Below, one piece after another: positions 11,201-21,980 of a stretch of DNA of 64,000 nt (positions within the stretch are counted from its first letter, which is position 1; each line of letters starts with the position of its first letter). Both the position numbers and the translations under genes were made by a program. Under the pieces are notes generated by a model, which saw only the letters and a list, made by a program, of their open reading frames with translations, ran no database searches and had not been told where the DNA came from. This stretch comes from Rebecca billardiae RCC1528 (Eukaryota > Protista > Haptophyta), in the NCBI GenBank assembly GCA_965240325.2, contig OZ251253.1:620001-684000 (forward strand), in the 5' to 3' direction.

Positions 11201-12308
11201 GCGGCAGCGAGGCGGCGGCGCGGCGTGGAGCGCAACCGAGGGCACGGGCGCGTGAGCGGGCGTGGCGCGCGGGCGCGGGCGCGCGCCCCGGCGTCGCCCC
11301 GCCCCCCACTGCCCCCGCCACGCCGCGTGCCCCCGCGCGCCCACCGCACACACGCACGCGGCCGCGCCCTCCGCGCCGGTGGCGCGCCTCCGGCCCCGCC
11401 CCGCGCGGGCCGCCGCCGCGCGCCGCCGCCGCCGCCTGCAAGCCGCGTCGCGCGGCCCAGGGCCGCACGCACACGCCCCGCCCGCACGCGCCCACACCCC
11501 GCCCCCGCGCGCTGCGCGCACCCGCGTCCTGATGCGTCCAGCGCCCGGAGCGCACGTCGATGTGCGCGCCTACAAGACCTAGGCGGGAGCGGCGAGCCCA
11601 GAGCGCGCGCGCGGCGGCGGTGGCGGCGTCGTCGAAGCGGCGGTCGGCGGTGAGGCGCGCGAGCGCGCCAAACTCGAGCGTGAGCGAGCCCGCCGCCGCG
11701 GTGCACGCGATCGGCGACTCGCCCGGCGCGACGCCGTGCCGCAGGTTGACGGTGCCGACAGGGATGGCCGTCGGCGTGTCAAACGCGGGGAGGAGGCGCG
11801 CGCCGAGGTCGTGCGCGAGGGCGAGCAGGTCGCGGCCGCCGCCGGCGGGCGGGTACGTCCCCTCGCGCATCAGCCCGAGCGAGCCGTCGCTCGCCAGCGC
11901 GTGCGCGGACAGCAGCCCGCCGAGCGCGCGGATGGTCGTCTCGAACACCGACACGTTCGCGTCGACGTCAAAGCTGAGCGAGCCGCACGCCCAGAGGACG
12001 GCGGCCTCAAAGTCGTCGGCGGCGCCGACGACGGCGAGCGTGTCCAGCGCGTCGACCAGCGTGAGCGAGAGCCCGCCCCACTGCTCGCCGCCCGAGCCGC
12101 AGCTGAGCGGCGCGAGCGTGTCCGCCGGCCACGCCTCGTGCGCGTACGCGCGGTACGCGTGGAGGAAGAGCGCGCGGGTTTCGTCACGCAGCGCGCGCGC
12201 CTCGGCGCGGCTGACGGGGGTGAGCGGCGCCGGGCGCTCGGTGCCCGCGCCCAGCCCGAGCAGCAGCAGCAGCAGCGCGGCCCCACCGAGCCGCGGCGCG
12301 GGCGCCAT
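8240..12308 (-). CDS. Glycoside hydrolase family 47 (EDEM-like alpha-1,2-mannosidase); exons 12308-11522, 11070-10928, 10656-10575, 10374-10229, 10015-8240
   Basis: Signal peptide; motifs LTLVDALDTL, VSVFETTIRALGGLLSAH, LLPAFDTPT, GSLTLEFGAL, GIDSFVEYLLK, AFWPG, YPLRPELIES, MESFFLAETAKYLYLLF, FTTEGH; four GT-AG introns restore the frame. Confidence 0.93.
10859..10919 (+). repeat. Telomere-like 12-bp tandem repeat (TAGGGTTGGGGG) about 5 copies, in GH47 intron 2
   Basis: ttagggttgggggtagggttgggggtaggg... read directly. Confidence 0.85.
11085..11222 (+). repeat. Degenerate (GCGGCA)n microsatellite in GH47 intron 1
   Basis: Runs of gcggca read directly. Confidence 0.8.
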
Positions 12309-12478
12309 CCTTGCCGCCCGCGCAGCGAGGAGGTCGGCGGCGCCCATCCAAATTCCGGCCGAGTCGCCGATGCCACTGGCCGGCCGCGCGCGCGACAATG
12401 ACTTTCGGCGTGCCACGCGACTCTGAACTCCCAGAAAGCTCCAAAGCCTCGGGCCGTCCATCGCCATTCGCCGGCGGC

Positions 12479-13621
12479 ATGACGACGGCTCGAGCGGCGG
12501 CCCTCCTCGCGTGCGCCGCGGCGGCGTGCGCGCCGGCGCGCGCGATGGTCGCCCCCACCACGCGCCTCGGCTCGGGCGTCCGCGCGCGTATCCCCATCGA
12601 CGAGTCCTTCCCCGGACTGCGCCGCGTGCACGCCGACCCGGACGTGTACGTGATCGAGCGCTTCCTCGAAGCGGCGGACTGCGACGACATGGTCGCGCGC
12701 GCGGCGCCGACGCTGCAGGCGTCGCCCGTGGCGTACGCGGGGTGGACGGAGGACTTCGTCGAGCTGCTCAAGCTCGCCGCCTCCGGCCCGTGCCTCTGGC
12801 TCGCGCTCGTGGGCGCGTGGGCGCAGTCGCAGGGCCACCCCGACTTTTCCCGCGTCGATCTGGTCGTGCACACGGCGCAGAACTACGCGCTGACGCTCGG
12901 CGTGGCGGCGGCGGGGGTGGGCGCGTTCACCAAGTCGCGCGCCTCCGGCCTGCAGACGCTGCGCACCTCCACCTCCACCACGCTCGACGAGCTCGCCACC
13001 GCCGCCGAGCCGCGCGTGTGCGGCACCACCGCTTTTGTGAGAGCCGCCGCGCGCCTGCTGGGCGACGGCGGCGGTGGCGGCGGCGGGGAGGAGCGCGGCG
13101 GGCTCGCGGCGCAGGCGGCGCTCTTCGAGGCGCCCACGATCATCCGGTACGAGCCCGGCCAGGCGCTCGCGCCGCACTACGACGCCAACCGCGCCGCCGC
13201 CACCGAGGACGCAGAGCGCGGCGGGCAGACGCTGGCCACGCTGATCGTCTACCTGAACGACGTGCAGCGCGGCGGCCTCACGCGCTTCGGCAAGCTCAGC
13301 GCACCCGCCGAGGCGGGCGGCGACGGCGCGCAGCCCGCCGCCGCCGACGCGCCGCGCGGCTTTGGCGCCAAGCGGCCGCGCGCCGCCGCGCGCGCCGCCG
13401 CGGGCTCGGCTGACGGCTCGCTCACCGTGACGCCCCGCAAGGGCGACGCCCTGCTCTTCTTCCCGGCGGACGCGGCGGGCGGCTTTGATGAGCGCACGGA
13501 GCACGAGGGCTGCCCCGCCGTCGACGAGAAGTACATCGCGCGCATCTGGCGGCACGCGGGCCGCGTGCGCCCTCCGTACGGCCTCAGTGACGCGCAGCTG
13601 GCCAAGCTGCCGCCCGCCTGA
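12479..13621 (+). CDS. Prolyl-4-hydroxylase-like 2OG-Fe(II) oxygenase with signal/bipartite targeting peptide
   Basis: PDVYVIERFLEAADCD, RTS, IIRYEPGQALAPHYD, ATLIVYLNDVQRGGLTRF, PRKGDALLFF, HEGCPA..EKYIARIW give the HxD..H..K set; N-terminus MTTARAAALLACAAAA. Confidence 0.88.
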   Translation: MTTARAAALLACAAAACAPARAMVAPTTRLGSGVRARIPIDESFPGLRRVHADPDVYVIERFLEAADCDDMVARAAPTLQASPVAYAGWTEDFVELLKLAASGPCLWLALVGAWAQSQGHPDFSRVDLVVHTAQNYALTLGVAAAGVGAFTKSRASGLQTLRTSTSTTLDELATAAEPRVCGTTAFVRAAARLLGDGGGGGGGEERGGLAAQAALFEAPTIIRYEPGQALAPHYDANRAAATEDAERGGQTLATLIVYLNDVQRGGLTRFGKLSAPAEAGGDGAQPAAADAPRGFGAKRPRAAARAAAGSADGSLTVTPRKGDALLFFPADAAGGFDERTEHEGCPAVDEKYIARIWRHAGRVRPPYGLSDAQLAKLPPA

Positions 13622-14054
13622 GCGCGCAGCCGCTGCGGAGGCGCGGCGCCCGCTGCCTCTGCCTGGGGGCGGTCGACCCGTGGGCGGTGTGTGATGGTCG
13701 CCTCCTGCGGTTTTGCTCGCGGCCTTGCTCGGCGCGCCGCCGCCCACTCTGGCAGCGGCTCCGGAGAGCGGAATCCGAGGCGGATGATTGATGCTGTCGT
13801 AGTTTACGGATCAAAGCGACGATATGATGATGTTGGCGGCATGTATTGCATATGCTGTCTAGCAGCCTCGATGTCCTGATGATGAGCCGGGTAGCGCCGC
13901 GTGGCATGTTGCCATCGGGCGCGCCATCGACATCGTTGGCTTCGAGGCTCCACCCCAAGCTGCAGCCGGGCGCTCTCTGTGACTCTGTCTGGCTGCAAGG
14001 CGCGCGAGCTTCCGGATTCGGCCCTCGACCAACATCTACCGCCAGCGATCAAGC

Positions 14055-16055
14055 ATGGCCGACGACGACAGCGCGGAGGCGCCCATCCGCGCGGCGCTGC
14101 GCGCGCGCAAGCTGGACGACGCGTTCGCCGCGTTCCTCGAGCTGCTCGAGTCCGGCGCCACCCCGTCCGCCCGCCTCTGCAACGCGCTCGTCGCCACCTC
14201 CGCCTTCCCCAAGTACGCCGGCGCGGCGCACGCCGCGTTTGCGGCTGCCAAGGGCGCCGCGCACGCGCTCGAGGGCGCGGCGGCGAGCGCGCTCGTGCGC
14301 GCGCACGCGGGCGCGGGGGAGCTGGGGAAGGGGATCGAGGTCGCCGAGTACGCGCCGCGCGGCGCGCTCGCGCAGCCCGCCATCGACGCGCTCGCGCGCG
14401 CCGCGCTGAACGCGGCGCCGCGGCCGCAGCCTCTGCTCGCCGCGCGCGCGCTCGAGCTGTGCGCGCGCGGCGAGGGCGCGGAGGGCGTGCCGCGCGGGCT
14501 CGCGGCCGAGACGATCACCTCGCTCTGCGCCCACGCGCTCGCGCGCTCCAGCCCGCGCGCCGTCGACGACGCCTTCGCCCTCGCCGAGCGGGTGGCGGGC
14601 GCGAGCGCGGCCGACACACCGCCCGGCCCGGCCGCCGCGGCCGGCGGCGGCGGCGGCGGCGAGGTGTCGCCCGAGGCCGCGGCGGCCGCGCTGCCGGCGG
14701 CGCTGCACGCGCAGCTGCTCGCGGCTGCGCTGCGCGTGCGCCAGCCCGCGCGCGCCCTCTGGGCCTACCGGGCGCTGCTGTGCGCGCGCGAGGCGGGCGG
14801 CGGCGGCGGCGCGGCGGGCGGCGACGGCGGCGGCGCGGGCGGCGGCGGCGGCGGCGACGGGCAGGGCGCGGCGGCGGCGGGCGGCGGCGCGGTGAGCGCG
14901 GACACGGCGTCGCGGCTCGCGCTCGCGCTGCACGCCGCCTCGCCGCCGCCGCCGCCGCCGCCCCGCGCCGCCGCCGCCGCCCTGCTCGCCGACGCCGCCG
15001 GCGCTCCGCTCGCGGACGGCGCGGGCGATGCGCTCGTAGCCCTTGCGTGCGGCGCGGGGCTGGCGCGCGAGGCTGCGGCCGTGCTGGTGCGCATGGCGGG
15101 CGTGCGGCTGCGGCCGGCGGACGAGGTGGTCTCCGCGCTGGTCGCGCTCGCCGCGCAGGGCACCGCCGCCGCGCCCGCCGCCGACGGCACTGACGGCGGC
15201 GGCGGCGGCGGCGCGGCAGACGTGGCGCCCGCCGCGCGCCGCGCCGCGCTGCGCGCCGCGCTGCGCGCCTTCAAGGCGCTGAGCGCGGCGCACCCGAAGC
15301 TGCGCCCGCCCGCTGCGCTGTGGCTGCCGCTCGTCGGCGCGTGCGCGCACGCCGCGCGCGAGCTCGACCGCGAGGGCGCGATGGATGACGATGACGCCGA
15401 CGCCGGCGCGGACGCGGACGCCGACGCGGGCGGCGCGGGCGGCGCGGGCGGCGCGGGCGGCGCGGGCGGCGAGGGCGGCGGCGGCGGTGCGTGGGGCGGG
15501 TTCGAGCACCCGGCGGACGGCGGCTTCGCCGTGCACGCGCACGCGCACGCCGAGCGCCCCGGGCAGCACGCCCCGCCGCGCGCGCGCGCCGCGCTCGCGC
15601 GCGCGCTGCTCCGCGCAGGCGGGCGTGCGCGGCACGGCCTGGAGGTGCGCGCATCGCTGCCGGCCGCGCCGGTTGGCTCCGAGCTGGCGGCGGAGCTGGC
15701 GGTGGAGTTGGCGGAGGGCGCGCGGGGCGGCGGCGGGGGAGGGGCGGGGCGGGTCCCCGCGGCGGGGGCGGCGGGGGCGGCACCACCCGCCGCGGACGGC
15801 GGCGGCGGCGCGGACGCGGGCGCGGACGCGGGCGCGGACGCGGGCGCGGACGCGGACGCGCGCTTCGCGGCGCAGCTCGCGGCGGCGGAGGCGGCGGAGG
15901 CGGGCGGCGGGCGGCGCGCGCGCGTGGGGCAGCGCGCGGCCGCGCGGCGCGCGACCGAGGCGCTGAGCGCGCAGGCGGCCGCCGAGTCTGGCGCCGGCGG
16001 TGGCGCGGGCGGCGGCGCGGCGGCGGCGGCGGCCGACAGCGCGGCGGCGGCGGCG

Positions 16056-16112
<57 letters not shown>

Positions 16113-16723
16113 CTGCCGACGCTGGACGAGGAGACAGCGGACGCGTTCGAGCACGCGGTGCAGAGCAGGCTGGCCGCCTCCGACCCGGCGGGCGCGGCGC
16201 GCCAGCTCTGCGAGATGGCCGAGCGCGGCGGCGCCCCCGCCGAGGCGCTGTGCCGGCGCGTCGCGGCCGCGCTCGGCGGCGCGCGCGACGCGGCCGCGCT
16301 CGGCGCGACGCACGCCGCGCTCGCGGCCGCGACGGACGCACGCGCGGGCGCGCACGAGGCGGCGGTCGCGGCGGCGTGCGGCGGCGCGCGGCGCGGCGCG
16401 CGCAAGCGCCCGCGCCCGCCGCCGCCGCCGCGGCCCCTCCTGTCGCGCGCCGTGCGCGCGGAGGTGGCGGCTGCGCTCGCCGCATGCGCCGCGCCAGACG
16501 CGGCGCGCTCGGCACTTGCGGTGGTGGCGGACGCGGCGGCGGCGGACGAGGCGCGCGGCGGCGGCGAGCTGTCGGCGGGTGCGCTCGCCGCGGTGGTGCG
16601 CGCGGCCACCGCGCAGCAGCTCGTCGGCGAGGCCCTCGCCCTCGCGCGCACCTCGCGCCACGGCATCGGCCGAGGCGCGATGGCGGCGCTCCTGGCCAAG
16701 TGTGTGCGCACGCCGCTCGCGGC

Positions 16724-16759
<36 letters not shown>

Positions 16760-19700
16760 GGCGGGCGGCGGCGGCGGCGTGAGCGGCGGCGGCGCGGCCG
16801 GCGGTGGCGGCGCGGACTCGCTCGAGCACGCGGTCGAGCTCGCCGAGCGCATGTGCCTCGACGACACGCCGCCGCCGCCCGGGCTGAGCCGCGAACTGTT
16901 CGAGCGACTCGGCAGCGCGCGACGCGCCGCGCCCGCCGCGCGAGTCGTGCGCGCGCTCGCGGCCGCGGCCGAGCGCGCGGCGGAGCGGGCGGCGGCGCGC
17001 GCCGCGCGCGCCGCCGCGCGCGCCGCGGCCGCGGCCGCCGCGCCCGCCGCCGCCGACGCCGAGGGCGCGTCGTCGTCGGCGAGCGGCGGTCGCTCCGACT
17101 CTGACGACGACGACGTCGCCGACTCCGAAGCGACCACCGCCGACTCCGAGGCGGAGGAGGCGGAGGCGGAGGCGGAGGCGGAGGACGGCGTGTGCTCGGA
17201 CGATGACGAGGGACGACTGCTGCGCCGGCTGGCCAAGCGGCGGCGGCGCGGGCAGGCGGGCGGTGGCGCGGGCGGGCGCAGCGCCGCCGAGCGCGCGCGC
17301 CGCCGCGCGCGCCGCCTCGCCGCCGCCTCGCCGCCGCGCGCGGACGCGGCCGCGCCCGCCGCCGCGCCGCCGCCGCCGCCGCCGTGGCTCAGCAGCGGCC
17401 TTGTGCTGTTCGGCGCGCGCACCGCACTCACCGCCGCGCTGCGCTGCGCGGACGCGGCGGGCGCCGAGGCGCTGTACGCCGAGCTGCTCCGGCCCTTCCT
17501 GCGCGCGTGGGCGCGCGAGGGCGGCGAGGGCGAGGGCGGCGGCGGCGCGGCCGAGCCCGCGGGCCGCGGCGGCGGCGGCGGCGCGGCGGGCGGCGGCGGC
17601 GCGGCGGACGCGGCCGCGCGCGTCGCGGCGGCGCGCGCCGAGGCGGCGCCGGCGGTGTGGCGCCTGCTGCGCCTGCTCTGCGCGCGGATGCACGGCGCGC
17701 GCGCGTGGGGCGTCTACGCCGACGCGCGCGCCGCGCGGCTCCCCATGTCGGGCGGCGCGGCCGACGCCGCCGACCGCGGCTCCCTCTACGCCGCCCTCGC
17801 CGTCGCGTGCGCGCACGCCGCACGGCTGGACGAGGCGATGGCGGCGCTGCGCGACGCGCGCACCGCGCTGCGCGCGCCCGAGCCCGAGGCGGCCGCGGTG
17901 GTGGCGGCGGCGCTGTGCGCGGCGGGGCGCGGCGCGGACGGCGCCGCCACCCTGCAGCTGCTCGCCGCGCGCGACGGCGCCGCGCCGCCGCGCGTCCGCG
18001 TCACGCTGCCGCCGAGCACCGCCGTCGCCATCGCCGCGGCGTGCGCCGGCGCGCAGGGCGGCGGTGCCGGCGGCGGTGCCGGCGGCGGCGGCGGCGGCGC
18101 GGCGGGTGCGGCCGGCGCGCGAGGCGCGCGCGGCGGGCGCGGCGGCGGGCGCGGGCGCGGGCGCGGCGCGGCGGGCAGTAGCGGCGGCGCGGACGCGGAC
18201 GCGGACGCGGACGCCGCCGCGCGCATCCGCGCGGGCGGCATCCGCGCCGAGCTGCGCTGCGCCGCGCAGCTCGCGGCGGACGCGCTTGCGGACGCGGCGC
18301 CGCCCGCCGCCGCCGCCACCGCCACCGCCGCAGAGGCGGGCGCCGCGGCGGCGGCGGGCGCCGCCCCGGGCGCGCAAGTGCTCGAGGCGCTGGCCGCGTG
18401 CTCGCCCGCCGTCACGCCGCGCGCGCCGCCCGCCGGCGCCGCCGCCGAGCCGACGGGCGGCGGCGCCGCCGCGGGCGGTGCCGCGGGCCCCCTGTCGCCG
18501 AGCGGCGGCGCCGGCGCGCCCTCGCCGCGCGGCGGCGCGGACGCGGCCGGCACGTCCGTCGCCGAGCGCCGGCGGCGCGAGGGCCAGACGGAAGAGGCGG
18601 CGGCGCGCGAGCGGAGCGCGGCGGACGCGGAGCGCGCGGCGCGCTCGCTGCGGCTGCGCTGCACGCAGCTGCTGGCGCACTCGCAGCGGCAGGCGGAGAC
18701 GATCGTGGCGCTCAAGACGATCGCGGCGGAGGCGGGCGCGGCAGCCAAGGCGGACGCGGCGATCGCCGCGTCGGCGCACGCGGCGGAGGGCGCGGCGGAC
18801 GCGGGCGCCGCCGGCCTGGGCTCCGCCGGCCTCGGGCCCGCCGCGCTCGAAGGCTTGCACGCACAGCTGGAGGCGGAGCGGGCGCGCGCGCGCACGCTCG
18901 AGGCGGCGCTCGGCTCGCGCGACGAGTTGATTGGCGCGCTGCGCGCGCAGCTCGCCGCCGCGGCGCGCGGCGGCGGCGCCGCCGGTGCCGCCGCCGCCGC
19001 GCCGGCGGCGGCGCCGTCGGACTCGGCGGCGCTCGGTGCCGCCGCCGCCGGCCGCGCCGCCGCGCCGGACGACGACGGCGCCGCCGGCTCGGACGGCGGC
19101 TCTGCGCTCTTCACGCTGCGCTCGCGCGTGCCGCCCAACTGGCCCGCGGACGTGGCTTACACGGACCTGCAGCGCTGGGACCGCGTGCCGCTGCAGCTGC
19201 ACGGGCTGCGGTGCGCGCGCGGCAAGCGCCTGCACCGCGAGGCGCGAGGCGGCAGCACGCGCCGAGCGCGCCGCCACGCGCGCGTGCTGCCGCGCCCGCT
19301 GCCGCCCGCTGACGTCCCCGACCGACACAGCCGCGCGCCCCGACCGACACAGCCGCCCGCCGCGCTGCGCGCGCCGCGCTGCGCCCTCCCTCTTCCGCGC
19401 GCGCGCGCGCGCGCGCGCGCAGCCGCCGGCTCGTCGACGTGGACTCGGTGGTCCGGCCGTACAAGCTGCAGATCGTGAGCGTCACCGACCGCAAGCACCC
19501 GTGCTACGGCGAGCGCGCGCTGCACGCGGCGGAGGACATCCCGGCGGGCGCGGCGGTGTGCGACTACGCCGGGCACGTGCACGTGGAGGTGGCGCGGCGC
19601 GGCGCGGAGGAGGAGGACGGCTCCGACGCGGCGCGCCCCTTCAACCGCTCCTCCTTCCTCCTCTCGCTCTACGCCAACGAGGAGGAGGGCGTCTACATCG

Positions 19701-20114
19701 ACGTGGACGCGCAGCACGCGGGCAACGAGGCGCGGTTTGTCAACGACTACCACGGCACAGGCGCGCGCCACTTCGCGAGGCGGCGGCTGCTGCCGCCCCT
19801 GCGCGCGCTCGGCGCGCGCGCCGCGGCTCAACCCGCGGCCGCGCGCGCGCACCCCGGCGCCGCGCCGCGCCGCGACCGCGCGCGCAGGGCTCAAGCCGAA
19901 CGCCGCCTTCTGGCCGTACGCCGACCCCGCGACCGGCGAGAAGCGCATGTGCGTGCGCACGACGGCCGCCGTGCCCAAGGGCGCCGAGCTGCTCGTCGAC
20001 TACGGCGCCGCCTACTTTGAGCCCGAGCCGCGCGCGGACGCCGTGGACTCGGACTCGGCGTCGGACTACGAGCGCGAGCGCGCGCGCGCGCCGGCGCGCC
20101 GGCGCGCGCGCTGA
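14055..20114 (+). CDS. Large protein with degenerate PPR-like repeats, coiled coil and C-terminal SET domain; exons 14055-19210, 19423-19760, 19888-20114
   Basis: PPR-like units (DAFAAFLELLESGATPSARLCNALV; LYAALAVACAHAARLDEAMAALRD). SET motifs GERALHAAEDIPAG..CDYAG, IDVDAQHAGNEARFVNDY and VPKGAELLVDYGAAYF appear after splicing introns 19211-19422 (GT-AG) and 19761-19887 (GC-AG). Confidence 0.8.
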
Positions 20115-20321
20115 CGCGCGGCGGCAGCGCCGCTCCCCGCTTGGTTGGTCACTGTTGATCTGAGATCGGAGGCGGCTCATCACTGCGGCCAGGTCGGTAT
20201 TTGAGATACTGTGTCTCTACCAAGCCTCGTAGCGTGTAGCGTGGGCGGAGGGTGCAAAGGGGTGATGTCGCCACGAGGTCGCTGCGAGAATAAAAAGAAA
20301 TCAGTGTTGGAGTCTAAGCTT

Positions 20322-20780
20322 TCGTGGCGACCTCGTAGCGACCTCGCAGCCGTCGCCACGAGATCGTGGCGACTTCGCCACGATCTCGTGGCGACATCCG
20401 GATGTCGCCACGAGATCGCCACGATCTCGTGGCGACATCCGGATGTCGCCACGAGATCGTGGCGACACTGTCCGATGTCGCCACGACGTCGCCACGATCT
20501 CGTGGCGACATCCGGATGTCGCCACGACGTCGTGGCGATCTCGTGGCGACATCCGGATGTCGCCACGACGTCGTGGCGACGTCGTGGCGACATCCGGATG
20601 TCGCCACGACGTCGCCACGACGTCGTGGCGACATCCGGATGTCGCCACGAGATCGTGGCGACACTGTCCGATGTCGCCACGACGTCGCCACGATCTCGTG
20701 GCGACGTCCGAATGTCGCCACGAGATCGTGGCGACGTCGTGGCGACATCCGGATGTCGCCACGACGTCGTGGCGACCTCG
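20322..20780. repeat. Array of about 30 alternating GTCGCCACGA / TCGTGGCGAC units with palindromic linkers (ATCCGGAT, GA, TC, CG)
   Basis: Read directly from the sequence. Confidence 0.95.
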
Positions 20781-21980
20781 CCGGGCCGTTCACGGCCGGA
20801 AGGCCTCCGTGCAACGGACAGCTGTTCGTTCAGCTTGAATTCCGTGTCCTTCGACCGGACGAGAGCTCCGTCTGGTTCCGGAGCAAATGAATCCATAGTA
20901 GTAGTAGTACCGCCGTCATGATGGCGCCCGGCGCCGCCATCTATCGTCGAGCTTCATAATGGCGGCGATGAGGCTGCTCAAGCGGCGTCGCGCCTAGCCA
21001 CAAGCCTCTGTAATGAGCAGCTCTTTGCCACAACCAACGCCGTGCAGTCACGCACGACGCCTGCACCACGGCGCTGGCGTGGATAGAGATCGACGTCGAT
21101 GCACAGGCGGCAAGCGCCGGCGCGCGCCCTTGAATGAGATCTGTCTAGACCGATGCCTCGTTCGTGGCAGCACGCCGCACTGTCACGCGCTCGTGATGAC
21201 CAGACAGGCTTCGAGCGCTGCACGTATGCCGGCGCTGTCCTGCGGCGGCGCCACTTCGGCACTGAACGGTCGCGCACAGCGTGAGCCCGCAAGGCAGTGG
21301 CAACGTCCATGCCAGCCCCGCCCGCTGCCTGCGCGGCCGACTCACGGCGTGATGACCGCGTCAACCAGTGGCGTGCCGCCACTCAGGCCGGGCACGCTGC
21401 CGGCCTAAGTGCCTAACTGCCGTCGGAGCCGCCTGCAGGCGCCGCCACCGCCGGGCCCGAGCCAAACTTGCGATGGCTGACTGGCACGGCGCCCGGACAG
21501 GCGGGCCACAGCGGCCGCGCTGAAGCTGATGAGTGAGGTATGGCCCGGTGATGATGACGATGCTGACGATGATGAACCCTGAGCGCCGTCACACTCACAC
21601 TGAACAGACCGCGAGCTCGGACTGGCCCGTGACTGGCACTGATGATTGCTGATAATATGGCACTCGTATCGGCGGGCAGCGTGAGCAGAGTGGCAGTATG
21701 ACGACTGTCTGTGACTGGTCGTCGGAGTCGGAGACAGTGCAGTCTCATCTGCAGACTGTGCCCGAGCGACACCGCCTGGCGTCAGTGACGTCATCACCTC
21801 GTCGTATATATATACGCGTACTACAGCGCAGAGTCTGCGGCTGATACTTGATTATTCGTCCGCCAGCCCGCCAGGCGCTGATCGTCGGGCTGCGCATCCG
21901 CCACCTATATAAGCGGTATCTGAGCTTGCAGTCGGATCGATCGCGACGTGGATGGACTCATCAACGGTCACGTCACTCAC

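Noticed and set aside
14049-19328. 1759-aa minus-strand ORF and similar long ORFs (41786-45283 +, 8120-10858 +, 11870-13747 -, 60979-63537 -)
   Set aside because: Arg/Ala/Pro-rich shadow frames of real genes, caused by stop scarcity at extreme GC; no domain motifs
20322-20780. CRISPR array
   Set aside because: Units are 10 bp in both orientations with recurring linkers; no unique spacers, no cas genes, eukaryotic context
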